The notes below the pieces were generated by a model. It was not told where the DNA came from, ran no database searches, and saw nothing but the letters and a program-made list of their open reading frames with translations. Below are positions 46,801 to 59,408 of a DNA stretch of 62,173 nt, one piece after another. Positions within the stretch are counted from its first letter, which is position 1. The number at the start of each line of letters is the position of its first letter. Origin of the DNA: Fonticula-like sp. SCN 57-25 (lineage: Eukaryota); contig MEDX01000008.1 in the NCBI GenBank assembly GCA_001724245.1, positions 1 through 62,173 of the forward strand. Direction: 5' to 3'. The translations under genes were made by a program, and so were the position numbers.

Positions 46801-47593
46801 CCCAGTCCCAGCAGCTGACGTGGAGCAGGCGGTTCGCAATGTCACCCTGGAACTGGCTATAGAGAGCGCGCGACAGAGTGAGCACACACGGCGGCCTACA
46901 GCAGCATATGCGTACAAGGTGAAGGTCTCGTGGTACTTGGGGTTCAGAGACTTGAGCACCACCTTGGTGTGCTGGGTCGACGCAACCTCCATGTCAGGGA
47001 AGACGTGGAGAACCATGTAGGGATCCGAAAAGCCGTTCGTGTCCTTGCTCACGAGGCCGCGCGCCGAAAGCACGCTGACCGTGAGCTTGTGGAGGCCGTC
47101 GGGCGTCTTTGGCGGATCGTAGGTGAGCTCGACGTTGACTTCACCCGAAACGGAGCCCTCGGTCTTGGCGGAAGACAAAGGAAACCACTGCTCGAACGCT
47201 GCCGAGCCGCGCCCGGCCAGGTACTCGCGCGAAAAGCTCACCTTACCGACGGGGGCGTCCTTGGTTGCGGCACCGTTCGAGTTCCACACAATGACGTCCA
47301 TGTTCTTGAAATCGGGGTTGAGCTGAATTTCGGTCGAGTCATCCCAGTTCGGCTCGCGCGAGTTCTCAACGGTCTTGGTCCTAAACTCTTCGCGGTGGTT
47401 GATCTGCACAACGGCGTACGGATCGCACGTCCCGGTCGCTGCAAAACGGAGGAAGCAAAACAAACGACGGTCAATACCCATCCTCGCCGATCGAGGTAAT
47501 CAAACGCGTACAAAGACCTTCGGGCTGCAGCTCCTTGCCCTCGATAATGCTGACGGCGAGCGTCAGCTCGCGCCGAGCCTCATCCTCGAGCAT
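43846..47593 (-). CDS. C2-C2-RasGAP with C-terminal LD-like motifs and four LIM domains
   Basis: C2A CDPYAVV..RTKTV....PNW; C2B SDPYMV, WDWDRFGSDDFMG; GAP LFRGNS, FLRFFCPAV.GP, KVLQNLAN; four LIM double Zn fingers. Confidence 0.9.
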
Positions 47594-48094
47594 GTTGTTT
47601 TTCCCAGGCTCTCCGCGGAGATCCCAGGTGGAAACGAGCGTGCAGTTGACGCAAAAAGAATCGACGGCGGGGTTGACTGATCAAATGAACCAATCACGAC
47701 CGTGGACCCTCCTAAATTCCATTGCCCGATAAGTAAGGAACCACTCCGTGGTACAAAACACACAACTCGGCCCAGTATTACAACGCAGAACGATCGCCGC
47801 CTAATCACCTTTTCTTGCTACAAGGCGTGGGCAGCCGGGTGGCGAGTGTAGGCGTCAACAGCGCAAGCGACACCAGCGACCAGTAGGTATAGAACCCGCT
47901 ATTCTTTACTGCAACAGAGCAATCCCACCTGGCTCGGAAGAAGCAAAACAACAATATGATAGTCAAAGGCTGATAGTCAAAAGTACCCAAATGGTATATT
48001 AAAACCCAACAATTATATCTATGGGTTTGTACAGAAAAGGGACTGCGCAAAGCGATACAATATAAACTTGAACTTGGAAAGGCTGCTGAGCGCG

Positions 48095-49410
48095 TTACTT
48101 GTCAGACGAGCCAAAGAGCGACCAACGTCCACGCGGCTTGGTGGTGGTCGCAGCGGGCGACGCCGGCTCCTCGCCCTCGGAATCCGACAGGGCGGGGCCG
48201 AGTTCCCAGCCGCGCTCGCGCGCAGCGACCACGCGGTCGGTGGCAATCTGGCGGGCCGTGGCGACCGCGGTCGTGAGAAGGCCGGCCCAGTGGTCGGCCT
48301 CGGCGGCGGTCTCGGTGGTGAACTGGTAGGTGCGCTTGTGCGTCACAAGCTCGAAGGAGACCTCGGCGGGCTTGCCGCTCACCTTTCCGCGAACAACGTC
48401 CGCCACGCTCAGAAGCTCGACCGAGTCGAGCGGCTCGGCAAGCTGCAACACGGCGGTGAGTATGGCAATGGAAGAGAGAAAAGAGTAAACGAACCGAGTC
48501 ATCCTTGTAGTACACAAGCTTGGACCCGCGCAGAACGAACCAGCGCTTCTTCCACGTCTAGAACATGCGAGTTAGGAATACTCGATATATAATGCTTTAC
48601 CCGAGGAAGCAGTACCTTGATGGTGCCGCCGCTCTTGTGGAGGAAGCCCTCCATCTCGACCTTGATCGGGTGGTCCTTTTCAAACTGCGACTGCTCAAGA
48701 ACCGGAATGGTCTCCTCGAACGCGCGGAACCACTCCTCGCAGTCGCTATCCGAGGGCGCCTGCAGGAAGTACGTGCGGCCGCTCACGTCGAGGTCGATTC
48801 GGTCGGCGCGGGTCTTCCACGCGCGCGCGCCCAAAAGCGACACGACGCTAAGCGGCGCCATTCCCTTCACGTTGACGTCCTCGTAGTAGCGGAGACGCGG
48901 AGTCTCGGTGCCGCCCTTCTGGAGCGTGAACCAACGACGCTTGATCGACTTGACGCTGCCACCCTGCTTGGTCAGGTAGCCCTGCTTCACAATAGTCTAT
49001 CCAGGCAACCATGTAAGTAAACGACCCAATTAAATAACAAGAAGGCGGCGCACCATCTCCGTCGTCGCGGCAGGGGCATCGGCCTTCTCGGCCGCCGCCT
49101 CGCCCGTTACGGGCTGCTCCGCCGGCGCGGCATCCTCAGACTTTGCCTCCGACGCAGCGTTCTCAGCCGGCGTCTCCGAAGCAACAGTCACAGCGGGCGC
49201 GGGGGCAGCAGCCTCTGCCTGGACCGGCTCGGAAACCTCTGCCGCAACAGGCGCCTCGGGGAAAGGCTCGGACGAGACCGCCTCAGTCGCCGCCTTTTCG
49301 CCCGCATCAGCGGCCGGAGCAACATCAACCTGAGCAGTCTCGGCAACAACAGTCTCGGCAACAGGGGCTGCCGCCGCCTCGCCGGTCACGACTTGCTCCT
49401 CGGGATTCAT
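48095..49410 (-). CDS. Tandem PH-domain protein with Ala/Glu/Pro-rich disordered N-terminus
   Basis: KQGYLTKQGGSVKSIKRRWF...LRYY...RTYFL...EEWFRAF; MEGFLHKSGGTIK-TWKKRWF...RTYQF...DHWAG. Confidence 0.85.
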
Positions 49411-49504
49411 TCTTCTCGCTTGTTGGGGAGCTCTTACGCCTTCAAGGGACAACAGAGCGGCCACCAATTGGGGTTACCAAACTAGGCAATTCCCGATATA
49501 TAAG

Positions 49505-49547
49505 CCAATCAGAACGCGTCTCATGTCACGTGTTTCTTGATCACGTG
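49505..49547. promoter_or_regulatory. CCAAT box, ACGCGT and two CACGTG E-boxes in a divergent promoter
   Basis: CCAATCA 49505, ACGCGT 49514, GTCACGTG 49525, TCACGTG 49541. Confidence 0.5.
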
Positions 49548-49559
49548 CCTCGCGGTGAC

Positions 49560-49994
49560 ATGGACATGCAGGCAGGAGGCGAGCAGAGGCTTATGTGGGG
49601 CGACCTGCTCAAGGACGTGCGAAAGTTTGAAAACGACGGGGAGATGGGTATGTTTGGCGTGTGTCTTGGCGTAGGAGGACCCTTTTAGAGCTGCGCCGTT
49701 GCTGACATGTCTATTTCAGGCCGCCAGACCGATCAGTCGTCGACGTCCAAGAAGGCGGGCGCTGCGTACGAAGTACGCGACATTCCTCGCACGCACGCGT
49801 GCTGCGACGTGCTCTTTGAGTTTGCTAACGTATATTTGTGTTTTCGTTCTTTGTTGTAGCATGTCGGCGCTGTTCTTGCCATGACGGACAGCATGGATGC
49901 CGTCCTGCAGAATCTAGAGGTCATCACACCAACGTTGACGACAATGAAGGCGACGCTTGAAAAGGCCGAGCGCGAACTATGTGGAACGGTGTAG
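49560..49994 (+). CDS. Small helical/coiled-coil protein of unknown function (3 exons, ~90 aa)
   Basis: Two GT-AG introns with CTGAC/CTAAC branch points join MDMQAGGEQRLMWGDLLKDVRKFENDGEMG-RQTD...AAYE-HVGAVLAMTDSMDAVLQNLE...AERELCGTV* in frame. Confidence 0.6.
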
Positions 49995-50304
49995 TAGCGT
50001 GCTCTATTTCATTTCTGTGCGTTAACTAGTATTACGGTGAAGTGTATGTATTATGACATTGTATAATTGTACTTTTTTGTATTGATCTGATATTCAATCA
50101 ACGGAACCCTCTGTATGCCGAATTAATGGGTTCATTCGGGCAACTATACATCACCCAGACCAATACGTAGCCTGCTGTACTACCAATAGAGCGCCACTGC
50201 CTTTCCCTGTGAGCACGAAAACCCGCAGACACCCTCACAAACAGGATCCGATTACTTGAGGGGCACTCATCATCGATTGACCACGCAACACCTGACGAGC
50301 TGCC

Positions 50305-52739
50305 ATGGCGTCCGAGGTGCGCCGCCGAATCGCCTCTTTCGCCTACTTTTCATTTCTCGTCGGTCTGACATTGCTACTTGCGTTGCTCCATTATCTTTTT
50401 TTAGACTTCGGTGAAAAAGTTTAGCCGTGCTAACCTGGAGGAGCTCCTCGCTCGCCGGTTCTTCTACCGCCCGTCGTTTGACATCTATGGCTCGGTCGCG
50501 GGCTTTTACGATCTCGGCCCGCCCGGCTGCGCCATCCAGGCCAACATCCTGAACCTGTGGCGTCAGTTCTTTGTCCTCGAGGAGCAGATGCTCGAGGTGG
50601 ACTGCACCCTCATGACCAAGGACGAGGTCTTCATGTGCGGCATCCTTTTTTTGCTTGATTTTTTAGAGGCTGACAATCGCGTAGCACCTCTGGCCACGTT
50701 GACCGCTTCACCGACCCCATGGTGCGCGACACGAAGACGCAGGAGTGGCTCCGTGCGGATCATCTCCTGAAGGAGGGTCTCAAGAAGATCGCCGAGGATG
50801 CCAAGACTACCCCGGCTCTCAAGTCCGAGGTCGAGCTTCTTGCCGAAGCGATCGACGACCTTGACTTTAAGATGATCGGCGATGCGCTTGTCAAGTACAA
50901 GATCAAGTCGCCCCTCGGCAACGACGTTGGCGAGCCCGTCCTCTTCAACCTTATGTTCAACTCGCAGATCGGCCCGACCGGCAGCCTGCAGGGGTACGCC
51001 GTGCGCTCTGCTCCTACCACGTGCTCACCTGGCAAACGCTAGCTACCTCCGCCCCGAGACCGCGCAGGGCATGTTCATCAACTTCAAGTACCTCCTCGAG
51101 TACAACAACGGCAAGGTTCCGTTCGCCGCTGCCCAGATCGGCCGCGCCTTCCGTAACGAGATCTCGCCCCGCGCGGGTCTCCTCCGTGTTCGGTGCGATC
51201 GCGCTTGCTGCGCAGCGCACTGGCCTTACTGACGCGTGGCGGTGCAGCGAGTTCACGATGGCCGAGATCGAGCACTTTGTCAACCCCGACAACAAGGACC
51301 ACCCCAAGTTCAAGACGGTGGCTCACCTCAATGTGCAGCTCTACCCCGCCCCGCCGCGCGACGAGTACGTTTTGCTTTTGTGCCTTTGCGCCATTTTTGC
51401 TTATTTTTCGTTTGCCGAATAGCCTCCAGCGCCCGCGCGAGATGATCCGCATGACGCTCGGCGAGGCCGTTTCCAAGAAGATCATTGACAACGAGACGCT
51501 CGGCTACTTTGTTGGCCGCATCTACCAGTTCATGCTCCTCATCGGCATGACCGAGGAGCGCCTCCGCTTCCGCCAGCACGGCGCCAACGAGATGGCGCAC
51601 TATGCCGTTGACTGCTGGGACTGCGAGATTGAGAGCTCTTACGTACGACCTGCGATGAAAGGCGGGCCAAACTAACGCGCCGCGTCGGATGTAGGGCTGG
51701 GTTGAGTGTGTTGGCTGCGCCGACCGCGCCTGCTACGACCTCAACGCCCACGAGAACGCCACCAAGAAGGGCCTCAAGGCGTCCGTGCGCCTCGACGTCC
51801 CGGTACGCTCCCTTCCCGCGCGCCCGCTCGCTGCTCACGGCGTGCTCGACAGGAAACGGTAGAAGAGTGGGCCTTTGAGCTTAGCATGGGCGAGATTGGC
51901 AAGATGTTCCGCAAGAAGGCCAACGATATCAAGGAGCACCTCGGCGCCTTTAGCACAGAGGAGATCAAGAAGGCCGCCGACCAGCTGGCCGCCGATCAGT
52001 ACGACCACTTCCACTGGCGATGATGAATGCTCACATGTACCCGCCAGCCAAATCGTCGTCAACGTCAAGGGCGAGGAATTCACCCTTCCCGAGAAGCTCA
52101 TCAAGGTGCGCAAGCAGACCAAGCAGCGCGAGGGTACGCCTTTGGCCACGTAAAGACCCTTTGTAGTATGGTTTTCTGACTTTTTGTCTAGTCCGCGAGT
52201 TCTTCCCCGGCGTGATTGAGCCGTCGTTTGGCATTGGCCGCATTCTGTACTCGCTCTTTGAGCACAGCTACTGGGTCCGCGAGGACGACGAGCAGAAGAG
52301 CGTACGCGCCGCGCGTCGCCTTTTTCCTTGTCTCACACTTTTCCGCACACAGGTTCTCTCGTTCAAGCCCAACATTGCCCCCATCAAGTGCCTCGTTGCG
52401 CCGCTTTCGAGCCGGCCCGAGACCGACGCTCTCGTTGAAAAGATTGGCGGCGAGCTCCGCAAGAGCGGCATCGCGTACAAGGTGGACGACTCTGGCATTT
52501 CTATCGGCCGCCGCTACGCCCGCGCCGACGAGCTCGGCATTCCGTTCGACATCACCGTCGACTTCCAGTCGGTTAAGGACGAGACTGTGACGATCCGCTT
52601 CCGCGACCTCCCGCGCCAGCAGGTCCGCCTCCCCATCGCCGAGGTCGCCGCGCTCGTCTCTGCGCTCGTCGCGGGCCCCATGACCTGGGACGACGCCACG
52701 GCCAAGTACCCCCTCCACACGGCCCAGGATTTGGCCTAA
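50305..52739 (+). CDS. GARS1: Glycyl-tRNA synthetase (eukaryotic homodimeric type)
   Basis: [89 protein letters not shown]. Confidence 0.97.
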
Positions 52740-52876
52740 ACGGTGTGACGGCTGGTGCCGCAGCAATGCTAAATAAAATTATATGTTGGTGGACACGGTT
52801 TTCAGATATCTACAGGTTTATTGCTACACACGCTCAAAGAAAGTGCTCATGTTTTTGTTTATATGCGCGACCCACT

Positions 52877-55800
52877 TTAGAAAACATAGTCCAACTCGTG
52901 GCGCTGATAGTTGCAGTGGACGTCGTCGGCGATGCGCGGGTACGACGGCACCATGGCATCCTACAAACGAGAGTGAGCTATGCATATCGCCATGTAAAGA
53001 CAACGCACCTGCGACGCAATGTACATGCTGTTGTAAATCTTCCAGTAGATCTCGCGCACCTTGCGCGCGGGGTGGAAGAGCCCCTGCAGCGTGTAGCACA
53101 TGATGCGCGGGGTTCCAATGCACACGCGCAGCGCCTCGATGGCGTCCGTCATCGAGTTGATAACGTGCGGCGACGTCTCAAAGATATTCGGCCACACGTA
53201 GTTGAGCAGGTGCTGCATTGCGTCCTCGCGACCCAGGCCCACAACGCCGAGCGCCATGTCTAGCAACACACACGAACGATTAGCAAACATGCGAAAAGCA
53301 AAGCACATGAAAAGACGCACGCTTGACGACGGCGGCGGCGGTCTGACGGTGGACGGCATCTCTGTCGATCAGGGCGTCCTCGAGCAGGGGCGTGACGGCG
53401 TACACATAGTCCTTGCCCATCTCGCTAATGTACTCAAACATAAAGGAGAGCGACTTTAACACGCCGTTCTGGACGTTCATCTCCGGGACGCGGTACTCGT
53501 TCATGACCGCCGGGAGGACCGTGTAGGGCCCGCACGTCTCGGCCACGATGGCGATGGCGACCGTCGTGCACACGCGGTTGGTGCGCTCCTGGACCTTGAG
53601 GTTGTTGAGCAGCGCGGCGAGCACGTCCTGCGGGCCGATAGCCTTGGCGATGTAGCCAAAGGTGTTGACGGTCGCGCGGCGGATACCCTTCTTGTGCGCG
53701 TTGAGCAGCTCGAGCAGCTCAAAGCAGATGCGCATCCACTCGCGCGCGGGCACGAATTCAGCGCCGCGATCCGCAATACGGCCGACAAGGTCAATGCAGT
53801 TCTCCTGCACCTTTTCGTGACGGTTGCGGAGGATGGGCGTGAGCGCGGGGAGCAGCTCCTTGATCGAGGGCGTCATGCGCGTCATGCCGATGACGTTGAC
53901 GACCGCCTTGAGCGCGCCGAGAATCGAGCCCAGTACGTCGGGGTACTCCTCGCCAAGGTACTCGTAGAGGACTTGCCCGAGATTGGTCAGCAGCTTCTCC
54001 TCCTCACAATTGCGCATCACAACAGCAATGCGGGTGATGAGGTCGGCAGCCTGCTGGCGCACACTGGAAACAAAACGGCCGTCAGAACCAGAAAAAATGT
54101 CGCAAAAAAGGGCAGCGTACCGAGCCGACTTGTTGCGGAAGTGCCACAGGATCGTACTGCAGATAGAAAGGAGGTACGGCTTGGCGCGCAGGCCAATGGC
54201 GTTGATGACGACACCAAAGCCGTTGAGGATCACCTGCGAGTCCTCCGCCGACTGCTCCTGGAAGGCGTACAGCATGCCGTCCATCAGGCGCTCCTCGAGG
54301 CGCTGGTCAATGTCCGCCGTGCCGTTTGCCGTAACGACCTTTTCGATGGCCTCCATCACCATGCGGCGGTAAAGTTCGTTCTCGTCCTTGAGGTCGTCCA
54401 CGATGCGATTGATGATCTCAAAGCCGCCGACCTTGTGCGAGAGCTCAACCGTCGTCTCCACCAGCTGCTTTGAATTGCGCTTGTCCAGCGCCATTCTCCG
54501 CACCCAGAACGCCTTGAAAAAGTCATTGAGGATATGCGAGCGAATGTACTCGGCCTTGACGCCGTCAGTCGCGGCGCACTGCTTGATCACCTTTAGCACA
54601 ATCTTCTTCATCTCCTCGTCCTGCGAGTGGAACTCGCGAATCAAGATCGGCACGACCTCGTTCGTGTAGTACTCGGCGTACTCGGCATCCATAAGGGGGA
54701 TAATATAACCAATCGCCTTCAAAAAGGCGGCCAGGCCCTTGCCGCGGTGCTGGCGGATACCCTTCCAGAGCGGCTTGAGGACAACGTCAAACGACTCGAT
54801 ACCGTAGGGAGCCGCGGCCTCGGCGAGCGCGGCCACGCAGAGCGCCGTGATCGTGCGGACCTTTTGCTGCTCGTCCACGAGGCCATGCTGCACGATATCG
54901 ACGAGGTTCTTGAGATGCGGGAGGATGGCCGGGCCCATCAAGACGGCGATTTGCTGCACAATCTTGACACCAGTGTGGCGCGCCATCCACGACTTTTTGC
55001 TGATGCACACCGCCTTGAGGAAGGGGAGGAGGGCGGGGATACCCAAAGCCGATGCGACGACGGCAAAGGCGCGCGCGGTTGTGTTGCGGACATACTCGTC
55101 CGAGTGGTCAATATCCGGGCGCATGTTGGCAATCATGGTGGCGAGACCCGCGGCCTTGGCGAGGTTGGAGATAATCTCGCGACCTTCGACGCGCGCGTAA
55201 TAGTCTTCGTCGATGAGGAGGGGCTCGATCACGACGAGGATGTTGTGCACAAACGGGCGGACCATGTCATCGAGCTTGTAGAGCACGCGGTCGATAACCT
55301 TGACCATGAGATGGCGCTCCTGATCCTCGAGCTGCGGCGTCATGAGGATGGGCAGAATCTGATTGAAAAGCGGGCCGGGGCCAAACTCGCGCGCCATCTG
55401 CGTGATATGACGCAGGGCGACCTTGCGGATCGGCGGGCTGCCGTTCTTGATGCGCATAAGAAGCTTGTAAATGCGCAGGTCCTTGAGCTCCTCGGGCGAC
55501 AGGTCCTCCTCGCGCTTGTTCTTGAGCAGCTTGCCGTACTGCACGCGATCCTCGTCCTTGAGAGGGGTGCCGTCGGCCGCAGAGGATTCAATGGGGAGGT
55601 CAAAGTTGGGGACGCGCGCCTCCTCGTCCTGGAAGGCGAAACCCTGCATGCCAAGGGGCGTCGGCGTAGCAGCGAGCTTGCGCGACGGGGTGAGCAGCGG
55701 GACATAGTTGGACGGCGGCGTGAGGATCGTGTATCCGGTCGACGGCAGCAGCGCATCCAAGTCAGCATCGCTCATGGCCATGTTGCGGCGGTCAATATCC

Positions 55801-56805
55801 TGCTCCCAGCGGAGCGAATTCATCTGCTCCTGCGAAAGGTTTGTGACCATAGGGGTGGCAAGACCGGCCTGGATCAGCGGCGTCGCGCCTCCCTGACCCG
55901 ACATGACGGGCGTCTGGTCCCAGCGCGAGCGACGCTTTGAAGGGGTCTCGGACCCGTCAAAGCCTCCGCTCGCAACCTTGGGGGTCTCTCCCCAGCCGGG
56001 CGCGGCATCGGCGCCGCCCGACGTCGTCACCGGCGTCTCGTCCCAGCGATTGCGCTTGCGCGCAGGGGGCGCGGCAGCGTCATTGGCACTCGCAGAGGTG
56101 GGCGCCGACGCAGAAATAGAATCAGCGTGGATCGACGCGGCGAGCGGGCGGCTACTCCCGCCAGCCTTCTCCTCGGCCTCGCGCTTCTTCATTTGAATTT
56201 TCCTCATAATGTCGGCCTGTTCGCGCTCCAACTCGCGCTCCTGCATCACCTCCGCGTACGACCGGCTGTTGGCGTCGCCGTCGGCCTTTGCCGCAAAGGG
56301 ATCGGCGCGCGCGGGCGAAATGACCAAATTGCGACGGCGGGCGTGATAGTCATCCTCGCGCTCCGCGATCGTTTTGCGACGATAATCAGCAAAAACGTCC
56401 ACATCGCCGCCTCCCGTGCGGGCCTCATCAAAGACCTCCTTGGGCGCGGTGTACTGCCTCATGCGCGACTGCAGGGCATCCTCTGCATCTTCGCCCTGCC
56501 CGGCATCAATCGAAGTGGCATAATTGGACCGGTCCGACGAGCCATAAAGGTCCTTGTCAAACGTTCCAGCGGCGCCAAGCTGTATGAAAAGCAACATTGG
56601 AGAAGGGGAAAAAAGAAAAGGGCGACGTCAGCGAAATCGGCCATTGCGCAACGAACGAACGCACCTTGGTGGCCGTGGAGCCGTCCGCGAGGCGGCGCTC
56701 AGTCTCCTGTTCGCGTTGCTTTTGCAACTCGCGAATTTGTTCGTCGATATCTAACAGTGCGCGTTAGATTCTGTCTACCAGAGCTCGAGGGGACGCACTG
56801 CTCAT
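52877..56805 (-). CDS. SF3B1: Splicing factor 3B subunit 1
   Basis: RWDETP/RWDQTP ULMs, [61 protein letters not shown]. Confidence 0.98.
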
Positions 56806-56963
56806 CGTGCTGGGTGCCGCAGAGCAAGATGGCGACGGAAACTGAACTGAAAGAGGGTGCGATACGCATGCGATTTTTGTGGTCAGCTATTGAGCAATAC
56901 CCGCTTCTGATTGGTCGAGCGTGGACACCAACCGCCTGCTTGTGGACGGCGGATCGACCGGGG

Positions 56964-58989
56964 ATGAACTCGATTGATGCGGTGGACGAGCTCGTTCGCG
57001 AGTACTTGTCGTTTCGCGGCTTTCATGCGACGATCAAGCAGCTGGAACTTGATATCAAGAATGACGGCTCGCGCGGGTTCCAAGTAGATCGTCTAGTGGA
57101 GCACCTCATCGGACTGCTGCAGGCATACGACCTGCAGGGGCTGCTCGACTTTTGGTACTACCTTGATGCGCGGTTCTTTTCGAGGCTCGAGCAGAGCTTT
57201 CTCAAGACAGTAAAGAAGCTGGAGACGGACTTGCTTCGGTACTATTTGGTGAATGCGCTGCAGCACGCGAGGCGTGACAAGGTCGTGGAGTTTTTTGAGC
57301 TGTACTCGACGGACCTGGCAAATTCGCCCGACTGGGCCGGGTGGTTTGGTGCGATTTTGTGCTAGCTTGCTAGGAATACTCATTGGCCTTAGCTCTTCCG
57401 TTCACACGCCGCCCGGAGACCGAGCCGCTCTTTGAGACATACTTTTCAAAGGCATGGCTGGATACGTTCCTCCTGTCGGTGCACAACTTTGTGACTACCG
57501 TGTTTCAGAGCCTCCGTGCGCCGCCCTCCGCCTTTGTGGGCCATTGACTCACATTTTTTTCAGCCCTCCCCACGCTGCTTTCGTTCAATGTTGACAGACT
57601 TCGGCGCAAGGCGCTCGAGGCCGAAGTGAGCGGCCTCCGTGTGATGGTGGACGCCCTCAAAGGCGAGCTCAATGCCCTCGAGTCGTCCGATGCGCGCGCG
57701 CCTCAGCTTCGCCCGACGCCGTCGTCGGTTCAGAGCACAACGATGCCGGAGCCGTGGACGCTGATCAAGGAAGGTGGCGACGACTCGAAGAATGCCGAGA
57801 TTGAGCCGTCGGCGGTCTACGCAGAAGACGAGTCGATCTCTATTTTCTCGCAGGAAACGTACACCGGGCATGAAAGCGCGGTCAATTTCTGCAAATTTTC
57901 TTCAGAGAACACTTTGGTGGGGAGCGTCGACAGCGACAACATCCTTCGGTTCGCGAGCAAATTTTTTCCTCGTAAAAGGTGGCTAACTCGCCCATAGTGT
58001 CTGGTCGCCCTCCGCGCTCTCGATGCCCAGCGCCGCCACCATTGCTCGCCTGCCGACCAATATGCAGGTAACTGCGCTTGAGTGGGAGGCCAAGTCCGAC
58101 CGCCTCGTACGCCCTGCGTAGTTCAATTGCAATGCTAACGAGCGAGCGCTGTAGCTGCTCCTGGGAGGCGAGGATCAGGTGGCGCGCGTCTTTAGTGCAG
58201 AGACCAAGTCGTTCCTTGGCGACATTAAAGTGGAGACTGAGTATTCGCGGATAGCGCAGCTGGCCTGCAACCCGGTCGACCCCATTTTCATGGCGTCGGT
58301 GCGGCCGACGAACCCCAAGGCTCGCGACGGCTGCCTCGTTCTCCTCAACGTCCGCACGATGAAGCAGCAGTATGTCCTTCGGCTGGAACCGGAAAAGGTG
58401 GCGATGAATGCCCTGCGCTTTAATCACAATGGGCAGCTGCTCGTGGCGGGCGACGTGAACGGCGTTGTGCGAGTGATGGGTACATGCATCCTATTTGCTT
58501 GCTTTCATGGTTCTAACGAGACGCAGATGTCCAAACGTTCAACTCGATCATGGAATGGCAGGCGCATGATTGCGAGGTGCTCTCGGTCCAGTTCAGCTTT
58601 GACGAGACGTCGGTGTACAGCCTTGGCGCGGATGGAAAGCTGGCGCAGTGGAGCGTCCACCGGATAGGGACCAAGCTCAGCGAGGTGCAGATTGAAGGGT
58701 TCGACTCGTCCACGACGGCTCGTGGGATTGCGCTGGACACAGAAAGCGCCCTCCTTCTCTCAACAACCGCGCGCAATTCCCCGATCATAAATGAGGTACG
58801 AGATGACGCGCCCCTAGCTGCGTGCGCTAATTAACCCATCTCATTTAGACGGCCACTGGCGTCGCTGCCCGTACGCTATCTGGTCACCAAGGGCCCATCA
58901 CATCGGTTGACTTTTCGCCGGTGACCTTCTCGGCCCTGACCGGGAGCTCCGATCGGACTGTCCGCATTTGGCGCCTCGGCAGGGCATAG
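56964..58989 (+). CDS. WDR91: WD repeat-containing protein 91
   Basis: VDELVREYLSFRGF..T.K, FQVDRLVE, W.YLDARFFSRLE, LLRYYLVNA, VEFF, coiled coil, then C-terminal WD40 repeats. Confidence 0.92.
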
Positions 58990-59408
58990 GTGGTGGTACC
59001 GCATGCAAGTCGTAATTTGTTTTGAGATGAATCTTTGTGCTCCGTATTGCATACGCAATTTGCACGTCTGTCTATAATTACACCTCATATTGTTGGTATC
59101 AATGAAGTCATCTGTTGGACAATTGCCACCTAAACTCCACCCCAAATAATCGCTGCCCTTCCTTTTTGGGCTGCACAACTTGCCATATCCGGAAATCACG
59201 GCGATTTTCGACGTGCGCGCAACTTTATGATTTCACAGCTACCTGGTCTGGGGGGCTAGTTTGGGAGGGAGAAGACGGCGAGTGAGTGGCCGGGAGGGAA
59301 ACACAGGCGGAGGAGCAGTGCGTGCGCAAAAGAGGCTTCTTGTAAGGAGCGCTTGCGCAGTGCCAAAAATTTTCGTTTTGTATTGTTTGTGAAGAGTTTT
59401 GCGGCGTG

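Noticed and set aside
50281-50305. Non-AUG N-terminal mitochondrial extension of GlyRS, as in yeast GRS1
   Set aside because: In-frame TGA at 50293-50295, four codons upstream of the ATG.
54380-55100. Natural SF3B1 cancer-hotspot substitutions that might explain the odd splice signals
   Set aside because: Residues equivalent to E622, R625, H662, K666, K700 and G742 all look wild type.
54627-55940. Long antisense ORFs (also 31971-33101, 35626-36339, 36426-37280, 45282-45944, 46211-47020)
   Set aside because: Shadow frames opposite GC-rich conserved genes, with no recognisable motifs.
1494-56805. Functional cluster of RNA-processing genes (PAN2, SmE, CSTF1, Tudor helicase, SF3B1)
   Set aside because: Interspersed with unrelated housekeeping genes; no evidence beyond chance in a compact genome.
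56829-56963. Upstream ATG for WDR91 only 24 bp from the SF3B1 ATG
   Set aside because: WDR91 homology starts at 56964, and the interval holds a CCAAT box and likely the shared promoter.
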